From NCBI GenBank assembly GCA_963797255.1, contig CAWCOV010000041.1:19516-83515 (forward strand): a stretch of DNA of 64,000 nucleotides. Direction: 5' to 3'. Positions 55,539 to 64,000 of the stretch are shown piece after piece; within the stretch, counting starts at the first letter, position 1; every line of letters begins with the position of its first letter. The translations under genes and the position numbers were made by a program. The notes beneath the pieces were generated by a model. It worked only from the letters and a program-made list of their open reading frames with translations. It was not told where the DNA came from and made no database searches. Source of the DNA: an uncultured Acidobacteriaceae bacterium (GTDB lineage Bacteria; Acidobacteriota; Terriglobia; Terriglobales; Acidobacteriaceae).

Positions 55539-57926
55539 ATGAAACACCAATTCCGCTTGCAAATCCGCCAATCCGTTTCGGGATGGGTTTTATCCATTGT
55601 GTGCTGTCTTCCCCTGGTGCTCGGTGTTGCCTGGTTCAAGGCCGTGGCGGAGTCTGCCGCATCGCTCTACAAACAGGGCCAGGCGGCTGAGGCAAAAGAC
55701 GATATACCCGCCGCATTTGAGTTCTACCAGAAGGCCTATCAAAAAGACCCAAAGAATCTGGAGTACCGTACGTCGTACTACAAGACGCGCCTCCAAGCTG
55801 CGGAATATCACATTCACCTGGGGCAGAAGATTGGCGCAACTGGAGACGACGCCGGAGCCCTTGCGGAATTCATGCGCGCACTTGAAATCGATCCCACGGC
55901 TGAAGTGGCAAAACAGGAAATCGATCGGGTTCGGCAGCGCAGTGGTGCGAGCAGCGTTTCGAGCGTAGGGGAATCGTCAGTTTCAACCAGTGCGGGAAAT
56001 GCGCTGAATGAAGTGCAGTCGCCCTTCCAGTTGAAGCCGATGTCGAACGAGCCAATCACGCTCCACATGGCGGAAGACAGCAAGATTGTTTACCAGGCCG
56101 TAGGAAAGACTTCCGGCATCAACGTCCTTTTTGACCCGGAATATAACTCGAAGCGCATCCAGATTGACCTTTCGAACGTGTCGCTATTTGATGCATTGCG
56201 GATTATTGGGACAGTCTCCGGCACGTTCTGGCGGCCGGTCACGTCGAACACAATTTTCGTCGCCCAAAACACTCGCGCAAAAAGAACTGAGCTGGATGAA
56301 CAGGCTGTTCAGACGTTCTATTTATCCAACGCCGCGCAAGCGAACGACCTGAACGATATTCAAACAGCGCTGCGAAATGTGCTTGCCAACGCGAAGCTCT
56401 ACGGAGTTCCCAGCCAGAACGCGATTGTGATGAGGGCGACGCCGGACGAGCTCTTGCTGGCGCAGAAGCTGATTGCAGATCTGGATAAAGCGCGTCCTGA
56501 AGTGGTAGTGGATGTGGCTGTTCTTGAAGTGAATCGCGACAAGTTGCGGAACATCGGAATTACGCTCCCGCAAACCGCGACGATCTCTCTGCAAGGTAAC
56601 AACGCCACCAGCACCAGCAACTCGGCTACGAACGGTACCAGCACAGTCACCGCCACGCAATCTACGAATAATCTGACGTTGAATACGCTAGCGAATCTGA
56701 ATGCAACGAACTTCGCTGTCACAATTGGGCAGGCCACGGCAAACCTTCTGCTGACGGATACGAACACACGCATTCTGCAAAATCCACGCATTCGCGCTAC
56801 AGATAATCAGAAAGCAACCCTCAAAATCGGCTCGCGAATTCCGGTGGCAACGGGATCGTTCTCCAACGGCGTCAGCTCCGGCATCGGCGTGAGCGCGGTG
56901 CAGACACAGTTCCAGTATCTCGATGTTGGCGTGAATGTCGACGTGACGCCGACGGTGCATTATGACCGCGATGTGACGTTGAAGCTTGCCATTGAAGTCT
57001 CGTCGCAAAACGGCAGTGTAACGATCAGCGGCGTGACGGAACCGATCATCAGCCAGCGCAAGATTGAGCAGGTCATTCGTCTGCGCGAAGGCGAGGCGAA
57101 CATTCTTGGCGGCATCATGGTCAAACAGGACCTTCGGAATGTTTCGGGAACTCCGGGTCTGGGCGAGATTCCGCTGCTGAAGTACCTCTTCTCATCGCAG
57201 AGCCACGAAACACAAAACGATGAAGTGGTCTTCCTCCTGATTCCGCATGTGGTGCGCGCATCCGCGCTCACGGCACTGAACCTGCAGAGCATCGACACCG
57301 GAACGGGAACCACGGTTGAGATACGACGCATACAGCCGCAGGATATTCCCGGGGCATTAAAACCGGTCTCCGCGCCGCAGCCCAACGGAGCAGGTCAGGC
57401 AGCGGCGGGTGGAGCGCAGGGATTCGGCGTGGGAGTTCAGCCGGTGCCCGGACTGTCTGCAGCTACGGCAGCCAACAACGCGATGAATCCTGCGGCTCAG
57501 CCTGCGAATGCGAATTTAGTGACGTTGCAAATGACACCGGCACAGAGTACGCAGAAGGTAAACGCGACCTTCCAGGTGGCAGTGAACTTATTTGGCGGAC
57601 AGGACATTTATTCCGTTCCCATGCAGATTCAATACGACGCCAGTAAGCTTGCGCTGACGAACGTGGACGCGGGAACGCTGCTCGGCAGGGATGGGCAATC
57701 CGTCGCACTGGTTCATCGAGACGACGGTGCCGGAGGAGTGGCGATCTCTGCTTCCAGGCCGCCGGGTGTGAGCGGTGTAACAGGAACGGGAACCGTTTGC
57801 ATTCTGACGTTCCAGGCGAAAGCGCCAGGAGATGCGAACATCACCATTGTTCGACCCGGCGCCAAGAACAGTGCGCAGCAGGCAATTCAAGCAGTAGGAT
57901 CGCCAGCAGTTGTGCATGTGGAGTAA
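55539..57926 (+). CDS. secretin (GspD/PilQ superfamily) with N-terminal TPR-like module and C-terminal cohesin-like domain
   Basis: GGAG lies 6 nt before ATG 55539. Signal or TM segment. TPR-like AAFEFYQKAYQKDPKNLEY...ALAEFMRALEIDP. Secretin core NPRIRATDNQKATLKIGSRIPV...GTPGLGEIPLLKYLFS...VVFLLIPHVV. C-terminal 135 aa (FQVAVNLFGGQDIYSVPMQIQYDASKLALTNVDAG...GTVCILTFQAKAPGDANI) fits a cohesin beta-sandwich pattern. Confidence 0.8.
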   Translation: MKHQFRLQIRQSVSGWVLSIVCCLPLVLGVAWFKAVAESAASLYKQGQAAEAKDDIPAAFEFYQKAYQKDPKNLEYRTSYYKTRLQAAEYHIHLGQKIGATGDDAGALAEFMRALEIDPTAEVAKQEIDRVRQRSGASSVSSVGESSVSTSAGNALNEVQSPFQLKPMSNEPITLHMAEDSKIVYQAVGKTSGINVLFDPEYNSKRIQIDLSNVSLFDALRIIGTVSGTFWRPVTSNTIFVAQNTRAKRTELDEQAVQTFYLSNAAQANDLNDIQTALRNVLANAKLYGVPSQNAIVMRATPDELLLAQKLIADLDKARPEVVVDVAVLEVNRDKLRNIGITLPQTATISLQGNNATSTSNSATNGTSTVTATQSTNNLTLNTLANLNATNFAVTIGQATANLLLTDTNTRILQNPRIRATDNQKATLKIGSRIPVATGSFSNGVSSGIGVSAVQTQFQYLDVGVNVDVTPTVHYDRDVTLKLAIEVSSQNGSVTISGVTEPIISQRKIEQVIRLREGEANILGGIMVKQDLRNVSGTPGLGEIPLLKYLFSSQSHETQNDEVVFLLIPHVVRASALTALNLQSIDTGTGTTVEIRRIQPQDIPGALKPVSAPQPNGAGQAAAGGAQGFGVGVQPVPGLSAATAANNAMNPAAQPANANLVTLQMTPAQSTQKVNATFQVAVNLFGGQDIYSVPMQIQYDASKLALTNVDAGTLLGRDGQSVALVHRDDGAGGVAISASRPPGVSGVTGTGTVCILTFQAKAPGDANITIVRPGAKNSAQQAIQAVGSPAVVHVE

Positions 57927-57945
57927 TGGCTTGAGGTATCGGCAA

Positions 57946-58398
57946 ATGCCGCGGAGCAATGAGGCCGGGCTTTCCCTGGTGGAACTGATTGTTACGGTTG
58001 CAATTTTGGCCGTGCTTGCCACCATCGCCGTGCCGGTTGCGCGCTTCAGGGTACAGCGGGAGAAGGAGCGCGAATTGCGCTACGACCTTTGGCAGATGCG
58101 CGACGCCATCGATCACTACAAGGACGCTGCAGAAAAGGGCGGCTTCCAGGTGAAGATCGACACGGAAGGCTATCCCCCTGACCTGGACACCCTTGTCAAC
58201 GGAGTAGACGTTCAGGGCAAGAAGGTGAAGTTTCTGCGGCGTGTCCCGGTCGATCCTATGACAGGCAAAGCGGAGTGGGGATTGCGGTCCATGCAGGATG
58301 ACCCAAAGGGCGATTCGTGGGGCGGGCAGAACGTCTTCGACGTTTACTCCAAATCGCAACGTACGGCTATAGACGGAACGAAGTATTCAGAATGGTGA
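57946..58398 (+). CDS. GspG-like pseudopilin (prepilin-type N-terminal methylation domain)
   Basis: MPRSNEAG/LSLVELIVTVAILAVLATIAVP followed by T2SS-G-like RDAIDHYK...YPPDLDTLV...RRVPVDPMTG. Confidence 0.8.
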   Translation: MPRSNEAGLSLVELIVTVAILAVLATIAVPVARFRVQREKERELRYDLWQMRDAIDHYKDAAEKGGFQVKIDTEGYPPDLDTLVNGVDVQGKKVKFLRRVPVDPMTGKAEWGLRSMQDDPKGDSWGGQNVFDVYSKSQRTAIDGTKYSEW

Positions 58399-58853
58399 GA
58401 CGCTTGGGTTTGATTTTTCCTTCTCGGTTGAAGAAACGTGGACAGTTGGACAGCACCGGCCGCGCAGAAAACGTGTCGGGATTCACACTGGTCGAACTGA
58501 TGATCGTGATGCTGATCATCGGCGTTCTGATGGCGATTGCCGTGCCCAACTATCTCTCGTCCTTGAAGGGCGCGAAGGAAGCCGTTCTGAAAGAGGATCT
58601 GCACGTGCTGCGGCAGGCAATCGATGCTTATACGGTGGACAAGGAAAAAGCGCCGCAATCGCTGGACGATCTTGTGCAGGCGGGATATCTGAAGGCACTC
58701 CCCGTTGACCCCATGACGCGCAGCAACACCACCTGGGTGGCGGATACGAGCGACTCCCTGCATTCCCTGGACCAGACGGAACCCGGAATAGATGACGTGC
58801 ATAGCGGATCGCAGGAAGCATCCAGCACCGGGGAACTCTATAACACCTGGTGA
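58392..58853 (+). CDS. GspG-like pseudopilin with long (about 30-aa) leader
   Basis: ATGGTGA overlap with the upstream stop. ...AENVSG/FTLVELMIVMLIIGVLMAIAVPNY followed by LRQAIDAYTVDKEKAPQSLDDLVQAGYLKALPVDPMT. Confidence 0.85.
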   Translation: MVRRLGLIFPSRLKKRGQLDSTGRAENVSGFTLVELMIVMLIIGVLMAIAVPNYLSSLKGAKEAVLKEDLHVLRQAIDAYTVDKEKAPQSLDDLVQAGYLKALPVDPMTRSNTTWVADTSDSLHSLDQTEPGIDDVHSGSQEASSTGELYNTW

Positions 58854-58908
58854 TGAGTCGGTGAATTGAAGAGGACATGGCGTCCTGAGTGCCAGGTGCT
58901 TACACCGC

Positions 58909-59706
58909 GTGACTATGACGGAACATTCTGCTTTGATCAATCTCGATAGCGTTTTTGATCCCGCGCCTGTGTACGAGCGCTTTGCTGCGCTTACAAAGCT
59001 TGCTGAGACGAAGTTCCATACAGCCCTTGCTGGCCGGTTGGTATTTTGCGGAACAGTGGATGATTGTGCGTCGAAAACCGTGCTGGCAGCGAGTATCGCG
59101 GGCGCTGCGACGTTAGGGGTTTCATCGGACGAAGAGCAGGTGAAGCAGATCATACGTAACAATGTCTGTGACTTTATCGTGAACAGCCTGGATGAGGCTC
59201 TGCGAATTTTGAAGAATGAAATCCGCAAGAAGCTGCCCGTTGCGGTGTGCCTGCGGCAGGACTTTGCCGACACCATCCAGGAATTCGTTTCGAGAGGCGT
59301 CCAGCCCGACGTACTGGCGTTATCCGAGGAGGAAGCTAGCGCACAGCCGGATGCGATCGCGAAGCTCATCACTCGCGGTGAGGCATTGTTGCCAGCCGTC
59401 CCAGTGAAATCTGTCAACGGTGTGTACTGGCGTGTGCCGGACTATCCCGTGCTCTGGTTGCCGAAGCTCGACAGCGTTGCTGCAGAGGGGTTGGGCGACG
59501 AAACGCGCAGGCGCTGGCTCCATCTGGCTCCCAGGTACCTCGGGCGGCGTTCTCAATCCATTCGCTACGTCGACATGACGGAAGAAGAGTACGTAGCTTT
59601 TGTTGACGCGATTCGGACAGCGCAAAGAGACGGCAAAATCGAAACGGATGTTGTAATTCGCCGACGCGATAGGGAAGAGCGCATATCCGTGGTGCCGTTG
59701 TCGTAG
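58909..59706 (+). CDS. hypothetical protein resembling a shortened, motif-degenerate urocanate hydratase core
   Basis: 265 aa. LAGRLVFCGTVDDCASKTVLAASIAGAATLGV...SLDEALRILK...KLPVAVCL...EFVSRGVQPDVL aligns by eye with HutU L.[25 protein letters not shown]...LDDAL...ISIAL...ELVKRGVRPDMV. RRWLHLAPRY...DVVIRRRD aligns with HRWLDMARER...PVVIGRDH. Confidence 0.5.
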   Translation: MTMTEHSALINLDSVFDPAPVYERFAALTKLAETKFHTALAGRLVFCGTVDDCASKTVLAASIAGAATLGVSSDEEQVKQIIRNNVCDFIVNSLDEALRILKNEIRKKLPVAVCLRQDFADTIQEFVSRGVQPDVLALSEEEASAQPDAIAKLITRGEALLPAVPVKSVNGVYWRVPDYPVLWLPKLDSVAAEGLGDETRRRWLHLAPRYLGRRSQSIRYVDMTEEEYVAFVDAIRTAQRDGKIETDVVIRRRDREERISVVPLS

Positions 59707-59736
59707 GCCGTGGACCCTGCGTTCGATGCGGGAGAT

Positions 59737-60345
59737 TTACTTCTGAGCCGATGCCTCATCGGCAGCTGTTTCAATCGCCGCCCACAGCTCTTTCATGCCA
59801 GCGCCTGTCTTCGCTGAGATCATCAAAATCTTATCCACTTGAAGGTCGGCTTTCAAAGTTGACTGAGCCTTGACGCGGGTATTTCCCGAAAGCTTGTCAG
59901 CCTTGGTCGCGACGACGAGGTACTTGCGGCCAGTTTCTGCGAGGTATCGGATCAGCTGGGCGTCGCTTGGCTGGGCCGGGATTCTGCTATCCACAAGGCA
60001 AACGCACATGGCGAGCGGAGCCCGGTTCGCGAGATAAGGCTCAATGAATTTTGGCCATTCCGCCGAGATGGATTTTGAAATTTTGGCGTAGCCGTAGCCG
60101 GGCAAATCCGCGAAGAGAAATCGAGGATTGTGCTGCTGCGGAGCATCGTAGAGCGCAAAAAAGTTGATGGCGCGCGTGCGGCCCGGTGTCGAGGAGACCT
60201 TGGCTTCTTTGGAGCCAACCAGCGCATTAATCAAACTCGACTTGCCCACATTGCTGCGGCCTAGAAAGGCGACCTCCGGTACCGCGGACTGCGGGAACTG
60301 TTCGGGGGCCAGCGCGGAGAGCAGGAAGCGTGGGAAGAGTCGCAT
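59737..60345 (-). CDS. engB: ribosome biogenesis GTP-binding protein YihA/YsxC (EngB)
   Basis: EVAFLGRSNVGKSSLINAL (G1), DLPGYG (G3), ATKADK (G4). Confidence 0.9.
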   Translation of the reverse strand: MRLFPRFLLSALAPEQFPQSAVPEVAFLGRSNVGKSSLINALVGSKEAKVSSTPGRTRAINFFALYDAPQQHNPRFLFADLPGYGYAKISKSISAEWPKFIEPYLANRAPLAMCVCLVDSRIPAQPSDAQLIRYLAETGRKYLVVATKADKLSGNTRVKAQSTLKADLQVDKILMISAKTGAGMKELWAAIETAADEASAQK

Positions 60346-60384
60346 GAATATTTCCAGTATACGGGCGCCACTCGGCGAACCACG

Positions 60385-60418
60385 CAGAAACCGCCGGAGG
60401 TGGGAACCTGCCGGCGGC
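60385..60418 (-). terminator. intrinsic terminator-like hairpin downstream of lon
   Basis: CCGCCGGAGGT (60391-60401) / ACCTGCCGGCGG (60406-60417), 11 bp with one bulge, followed by TTT on the minus strand. Confidence 0.5.
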
Positions 60419-60442
60419 TACTGATGTTAGATTTTTCTTTGG

Positions 60443-62912
60443 CTACTGGTGGGCACGTTGTTCCGGAGAAGGCGGTGGAGGCACCGAAGCGAGCACTTCT
60501 GGCGTCTCTTCCGTCAGATCCGGAAGTGGAGCTTCCAGAGCAATCTTCAGCACCTCGTCCATCTGATCGACGAAATGCAGCTTCATCACGCTCTTCAGAT
60601 TTTCCGGAAGGTCCGCAAGATCCTTCTCATTTTCTTTCGGCAGAATTGCTTCGAAGATGCCGGCGCGATGGGCGGCCAGCAACTTCTCTTTCAATCCGCC
60701 AATCGGCAGCACCTTGCCGCGCAACGTGATTTCGCCAGTCATTGCGAGGTCGCGACGCACCGCAATCTTGGTGAGAGCACTTGCGAGACCCGTGGCGAGG
60801 GTTATGCCTGCGGATGGACCGTCCTTGGGGATGGCGCCCTCAGGCACGTGAATGTGAATGTCCACGGCGCGATAGAAATCTTTCGGCAAACCGAGATGCT
60901 GCGAGCGGCTCCGGATGTAGGAGAGAGCGGCCTGCGCTGACTCCTGCATAACATCGCCAAGTTGCCCGGTGAGCGTGAGCTTGCCTTTTCCGTCGAGCAC
61001 CTGAACTTCGGTAGAGAGGATGCTTCCACCAACCTCGGTCCAGGCAAGTCCAGTAACGAGCCCAACTTCGCTCTTCTCGTTTACCTGGGAGTCGCGGAAT
61101 TTCGCAACGCCGAGGAACGTGTTCACGTTTGCGGCGGTGATTTCTTCCTTGTGCTTGATGCCGTTCTTGATGACGCGGCGCACGACCTTGCGGCAGATAT
61201 TCCCGATCTCGCGTTCGAGGTTACGGACGCCCGCCTCGCGGGTGTAGCCGCGGATGATCTCTACGATCGCGTCGTCGCTGAAGACGATGTTCTTCTCGCT
61301 AAGGCCAGTGGCCTCGCGCTGCTTCTTCAGTAGATACTGTTTAGCGATCTCGAGCTTCTCATCCTCGGTGTAGCCGTGCAGGCGGAGAATTTCCATGCGG
61401 TCCTGTAGCGGCCCGGGGATGGTGTGAAGCACATTGGCGGTGGCGACGAAGAGAACCTGCGAGAGGTCGTATTCGACGTCGAGGTAATGATCCTGGAAGC
61501 TTGTGTTCTGCTCCGGATCAAGAACTTCAAGCAGCGCCGATGCAGGGTCGCCACGGAAGTCCGAGGCCATCTTGTCGACTTCGTCCAGCATGAATACCGG
61601 GTTGCGTGTGCCAGCTTTCTTCATCGACTGGATGATCTGACCGGGGAGCGCGCCGATGTAAGTACGGCGGTGACCACGAATTTCCGCCTCGTCGCGAACT
61701 CCGCCCAACGACATGCGGACGAACTTGCGTCCTGTTGCCTTCGCGATGGACATTCCGAGCGAAGTTTTGCCGACGCCCGGAGGTCCGACGAAGCACAGGA
61801 TAGAGCCCTTGGGATTCTTTACCAGCTGGCGAACGGCGAGAAATTCGAGGATGCGCTCCTTGATCTTTTCCAGGCCGTAGTGGTCCTCGTTCAGGACCTT
61901 TTCAGCGTGATCGATGCTGCGCGTTTCCTTCGACTTCTTCTTCCACGGCACGGCAAGCAGCCAGTCCAGATAGTTGCGCGAGACGGTCGACTCCGCAGAC
62001 ATGGGCGGCATAGCTTCGAGCTTCTTCAGTTCGAGAATCGCCTTGTCGAAGACATCCTTCGGCATGCCGGATTGCTCGATCTTCTTCTTCAGCTCGTCGA
62101 ACTCGCTCTTTTCGCCGCGGCCGAGTTCCTTCTGAATCGCCTTGATCTTCTCGTTGAGGTAGTACTCTTTTTGAGCCCGCTCCATTTGCCGCTTTACGCG
62201 CGACTGGATGCTGCGGTCCATGTTCAGCTTTTCGATTTCGACATCGAGAACGTCGGCTACTCGCGCCAGGCGATCGGCGGGATCGAAGATGTCCAGCAGT
62301 TCCTGCTTTTCTTCGATAGAGAGTTGCAGATTGGCGGCGATGGTGTCCGAGAGTTTCGCGGGCTCGTCCATGCGGACGGCGGCAATCATCGTCTCGTAGT
62401 TCAGCGATTGCTGCAGCTTGACGTACTGCTCGAACAGGGAAGTCACGCGCTGCATTAACTGTTCAACTTGCGGGCGTGACTTCAAGCTGGATGGCGCCGG
62501 TGCGTACGGTGGCGACAAAAAAACCGTCAGAGTCAGTAATATCGACTGCCTTGGCTCGCTCGAGTCCCTCAACCAGAACCTTGATGTTGCCGTCCGGCAT
62601 TTTTACGCTCTGGACGATGTTGCCAATGGTTCCGACAGTGTAGATATCTTCCGGGCGGGGTTCGTCGACGCTGGCATCGTGCTGCGTCGCGAGAAAGATC
62701 TTGCGATCGCCGGAAAGTGCTTCTTCAAGGGCCCGGACGCTCGATTCGCGGCCCACGACAAAGGGGGGCATCATGTACGGGAAGATCACCATGTCCCGAA
62801 TCGGCATCATGGGAAGCTTGCGGAGTTCGTTCTTGTCTCGTTTTTCCTTGGCTTGTGTCACGCCGTTTCCCTTTCGCTTCCTGTTTCTACCTTTAGATGA
62901 GGAAAGCCCCAA
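60443..62912 (-). pseudogene. lon: ATP-dependent Lon protease interrupted by a +1 frameshift near 62472-62474 (or a sequencing error)
   Basis: The N-domain ORF (LPMMPIRDMVIFPYMM...[17 protein letters not shown]) stops at 62463-62465. The next frame continues [17 protein letters not shown]..., Walker [10 protein letters not shown], and proteolytic [13 protein letters not shown]. The likely true start is GTG 62861, making the span 3n+1. Confidence 0.9.
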
Positions 62913-63035
62913 CTCGATGCGAAACCCAAGTGCTGGTTTCGTGGCGTGAAAGAAATAAGAGCATTCCTAACCTGTTATTAGACTTCACTATCGAGGGGAA
63001 AACATAACACAAATCGATTCGTCGCTGGGAACCGT

Positions 63036-64000
63036 TTAGCCCGCCTTCTCAAGCAAAGTTACGGAAAGATCGCGCTTGGCCACCATTTCCGCGGTAATTT
63101 CAAGTTCCTTGACCTTCTTGTTGCTGGGAAGATGATACATAAGGTCAAGCATCAGCTCTTCAAGGATCATTCGCAGACCGCGTGCTCCGACTTTCCGCTG
63201 CAACGCTTCGCGTGCAATGGACTTGGCCGCTTCGTCCGTGAAGCTTAGCTGGACATCCTCATATTCAAAGAGCCGTTGGTACTGCTTGATGATTGCGTTA
63301 CGCGGCTTGGTTAGAATCTCGACAAGAGCAGCTTCATCGAGCTCGTCCAGAATTCCAATGACGGGCAGACGTCCGACAAACTCGGGGATCAATCCGAACT
63401 TGATGAGGTCCTGTGGCTGGGCCTGGCGGAGTAGTTCGGCGTCGCGCTGATTGCGTGCCGTAGCGGCCTCGAGGGTCTCTTTTTCGGTCAGAGCCTTAAA
63501 GCCAAGAGCTTTCTTGCCGATTCGGCGCCCGATCGCCTTTTCCAGGCCGACAAAAGCTCCACCGCAGATGAAAAGAATGTTGGTGGTATCGACGGGGGTG
63601 AATTCCTGATGGGGATGCTTGCGTCCGCCCTGTGGCGGAACATTCGCGACCGTGCCTTCAAGGATCTTGAGAAGTGCCTGCTGCACTCCTTCCCCGGACA
63701 CGTCGCGGGTGATGGAGGGGTTCTCGTCTTTGCGACCGATCTTGTCGATCTCGTCGATGTAGATGATTCCCGTTTGTGCGCGGGCAACGTCGCCATCCGC
63801 AGCCTGCAGAAGCTTGAGGATTATGTTTTCGACGTCTTCGCCAACATACCCGGCTTCAGTAAGCGTGGTTGCGTCGACGATTGCGAACGGCACATCGAGC
63901 ATCTTCGCGAGAGTGTGAGCCAGCAGAGTCTTTCCGCTTCCGGTGGGCCCCACGAGCAGGATGTTGGATTTGGATAGCTCCACATCGTTGCCGCGCGTCC
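63036..64000 (-). CDS. clpX: ATP-dependent Clp protease ATP-binding subunit ClpX (N-terminal part outside window)
   Basis: [59 protein letters not shown] and GARGLR motifs. The ORF runs off the window edge. Confidence 0.95.
   Translation of the reverse strand, partial: TRGNDVELSKSNILLVGPTGSGKTLLAHTLAKMLDVPFAIVDATTLTEAGYVGEDVENIILKLLQAADGDVARAQTGIIYIDEIDKIGRKDENPSITRDVSGEGVQQALLKILEGTVANVPPQGGRKHPHQEFTPVDTTNILFICGGAFVGLEKAIGRRIGKKALGFKALTEKETLEAATARNQRDAELLRQAQPQDLIKFGLIPEFVGRLPVIGILDELDEAALVEILTKPRNAIIKQYQRLFEYEDVQLSFTDEAAKSIAREALQRKVGARGLRMILEELMLDLMYHLPSNKKVKELEITAEMVAKRDLSVTLLEKAG

Noticed and set aside
1-64000. Scan for CRISPR arrays, IS elements, integrases, phage genes, toxin-antitoxin pairs and rRNA/tRNA genes.
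   Set aside because: I saw no regularly spaced repeats, no transposase, integrase or recombinase motifs, and no RNA-gene signatures in any intergenic gap of 75 nt or more. This was a by-eye scan, so short or degenerate elements could have been missed.

Overview
GC-rich, gene-dense chromosomal segment with about 60 protein-coding genes. By direct reading I found no rRNA, tRNA, CRISPR array, transposase or integrase. Gene content suggests an Acidobacteriota (Terriglobia-like) genome; this is inference from a VWFA-related acidobacterial-type protein, secreted TonB-C and BON proteins, bshC, and Bacillus-style fadN-fadA-fadE and cysteine desulfurase-mnmA arrangements. Most of the window is housekeeping: beta-oxidation (1-4436); a BON/YtxH/DUF948 stress trio; cysteine desulfurase-mnmA; citrate synthase; thiO-like oxidase; PolX; cold-shock protein; NUDIX; bshC; two polyprenyl synthases; penicillin-acylase family protein; leucine-catabolic genes (enoyl-CoA hydratase, HMG-CoA lyase, methylcrotonyl-CoA carboxylase beta); uppS-cdsA-dxr-rseP; metG-tatD; argS; pstS; pepA; smpB; engB-lon-clpX. 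Items worth a second look: (1) an isolated cassette at 55539-59706 encoding a secretin with an N-terminal TPR module and a C-terminal cohesin-like domain, two GspG-like pseudopilins, and a shortened urocanase-like protein lacking the GGMGGAQ NAD loop, with no ATPase, platform or peptidase gene nearby. (2) an unlisted 54-codon double-CxxC membrane ORF (LITAF-like layout) coupled to a DUF2752 gene. (3) three membrane-protein genes splitting the leucine-catabolic cluster, with a duplicated translation-initiation region and structured or repeat-bearing intergenic DNA. (4) tandem TonB-C paralogs, the second with a frame-disrupted signal peptide. (5) a YfhO-like C-terminal gene remnant coupled to ispA. 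(6) single-base (+1) frameshifts in fadA, argS and lon, each at a short G/C run, which most likely flags consensus errors. All functional calls rest on motif recognition by eye; no searches were run.
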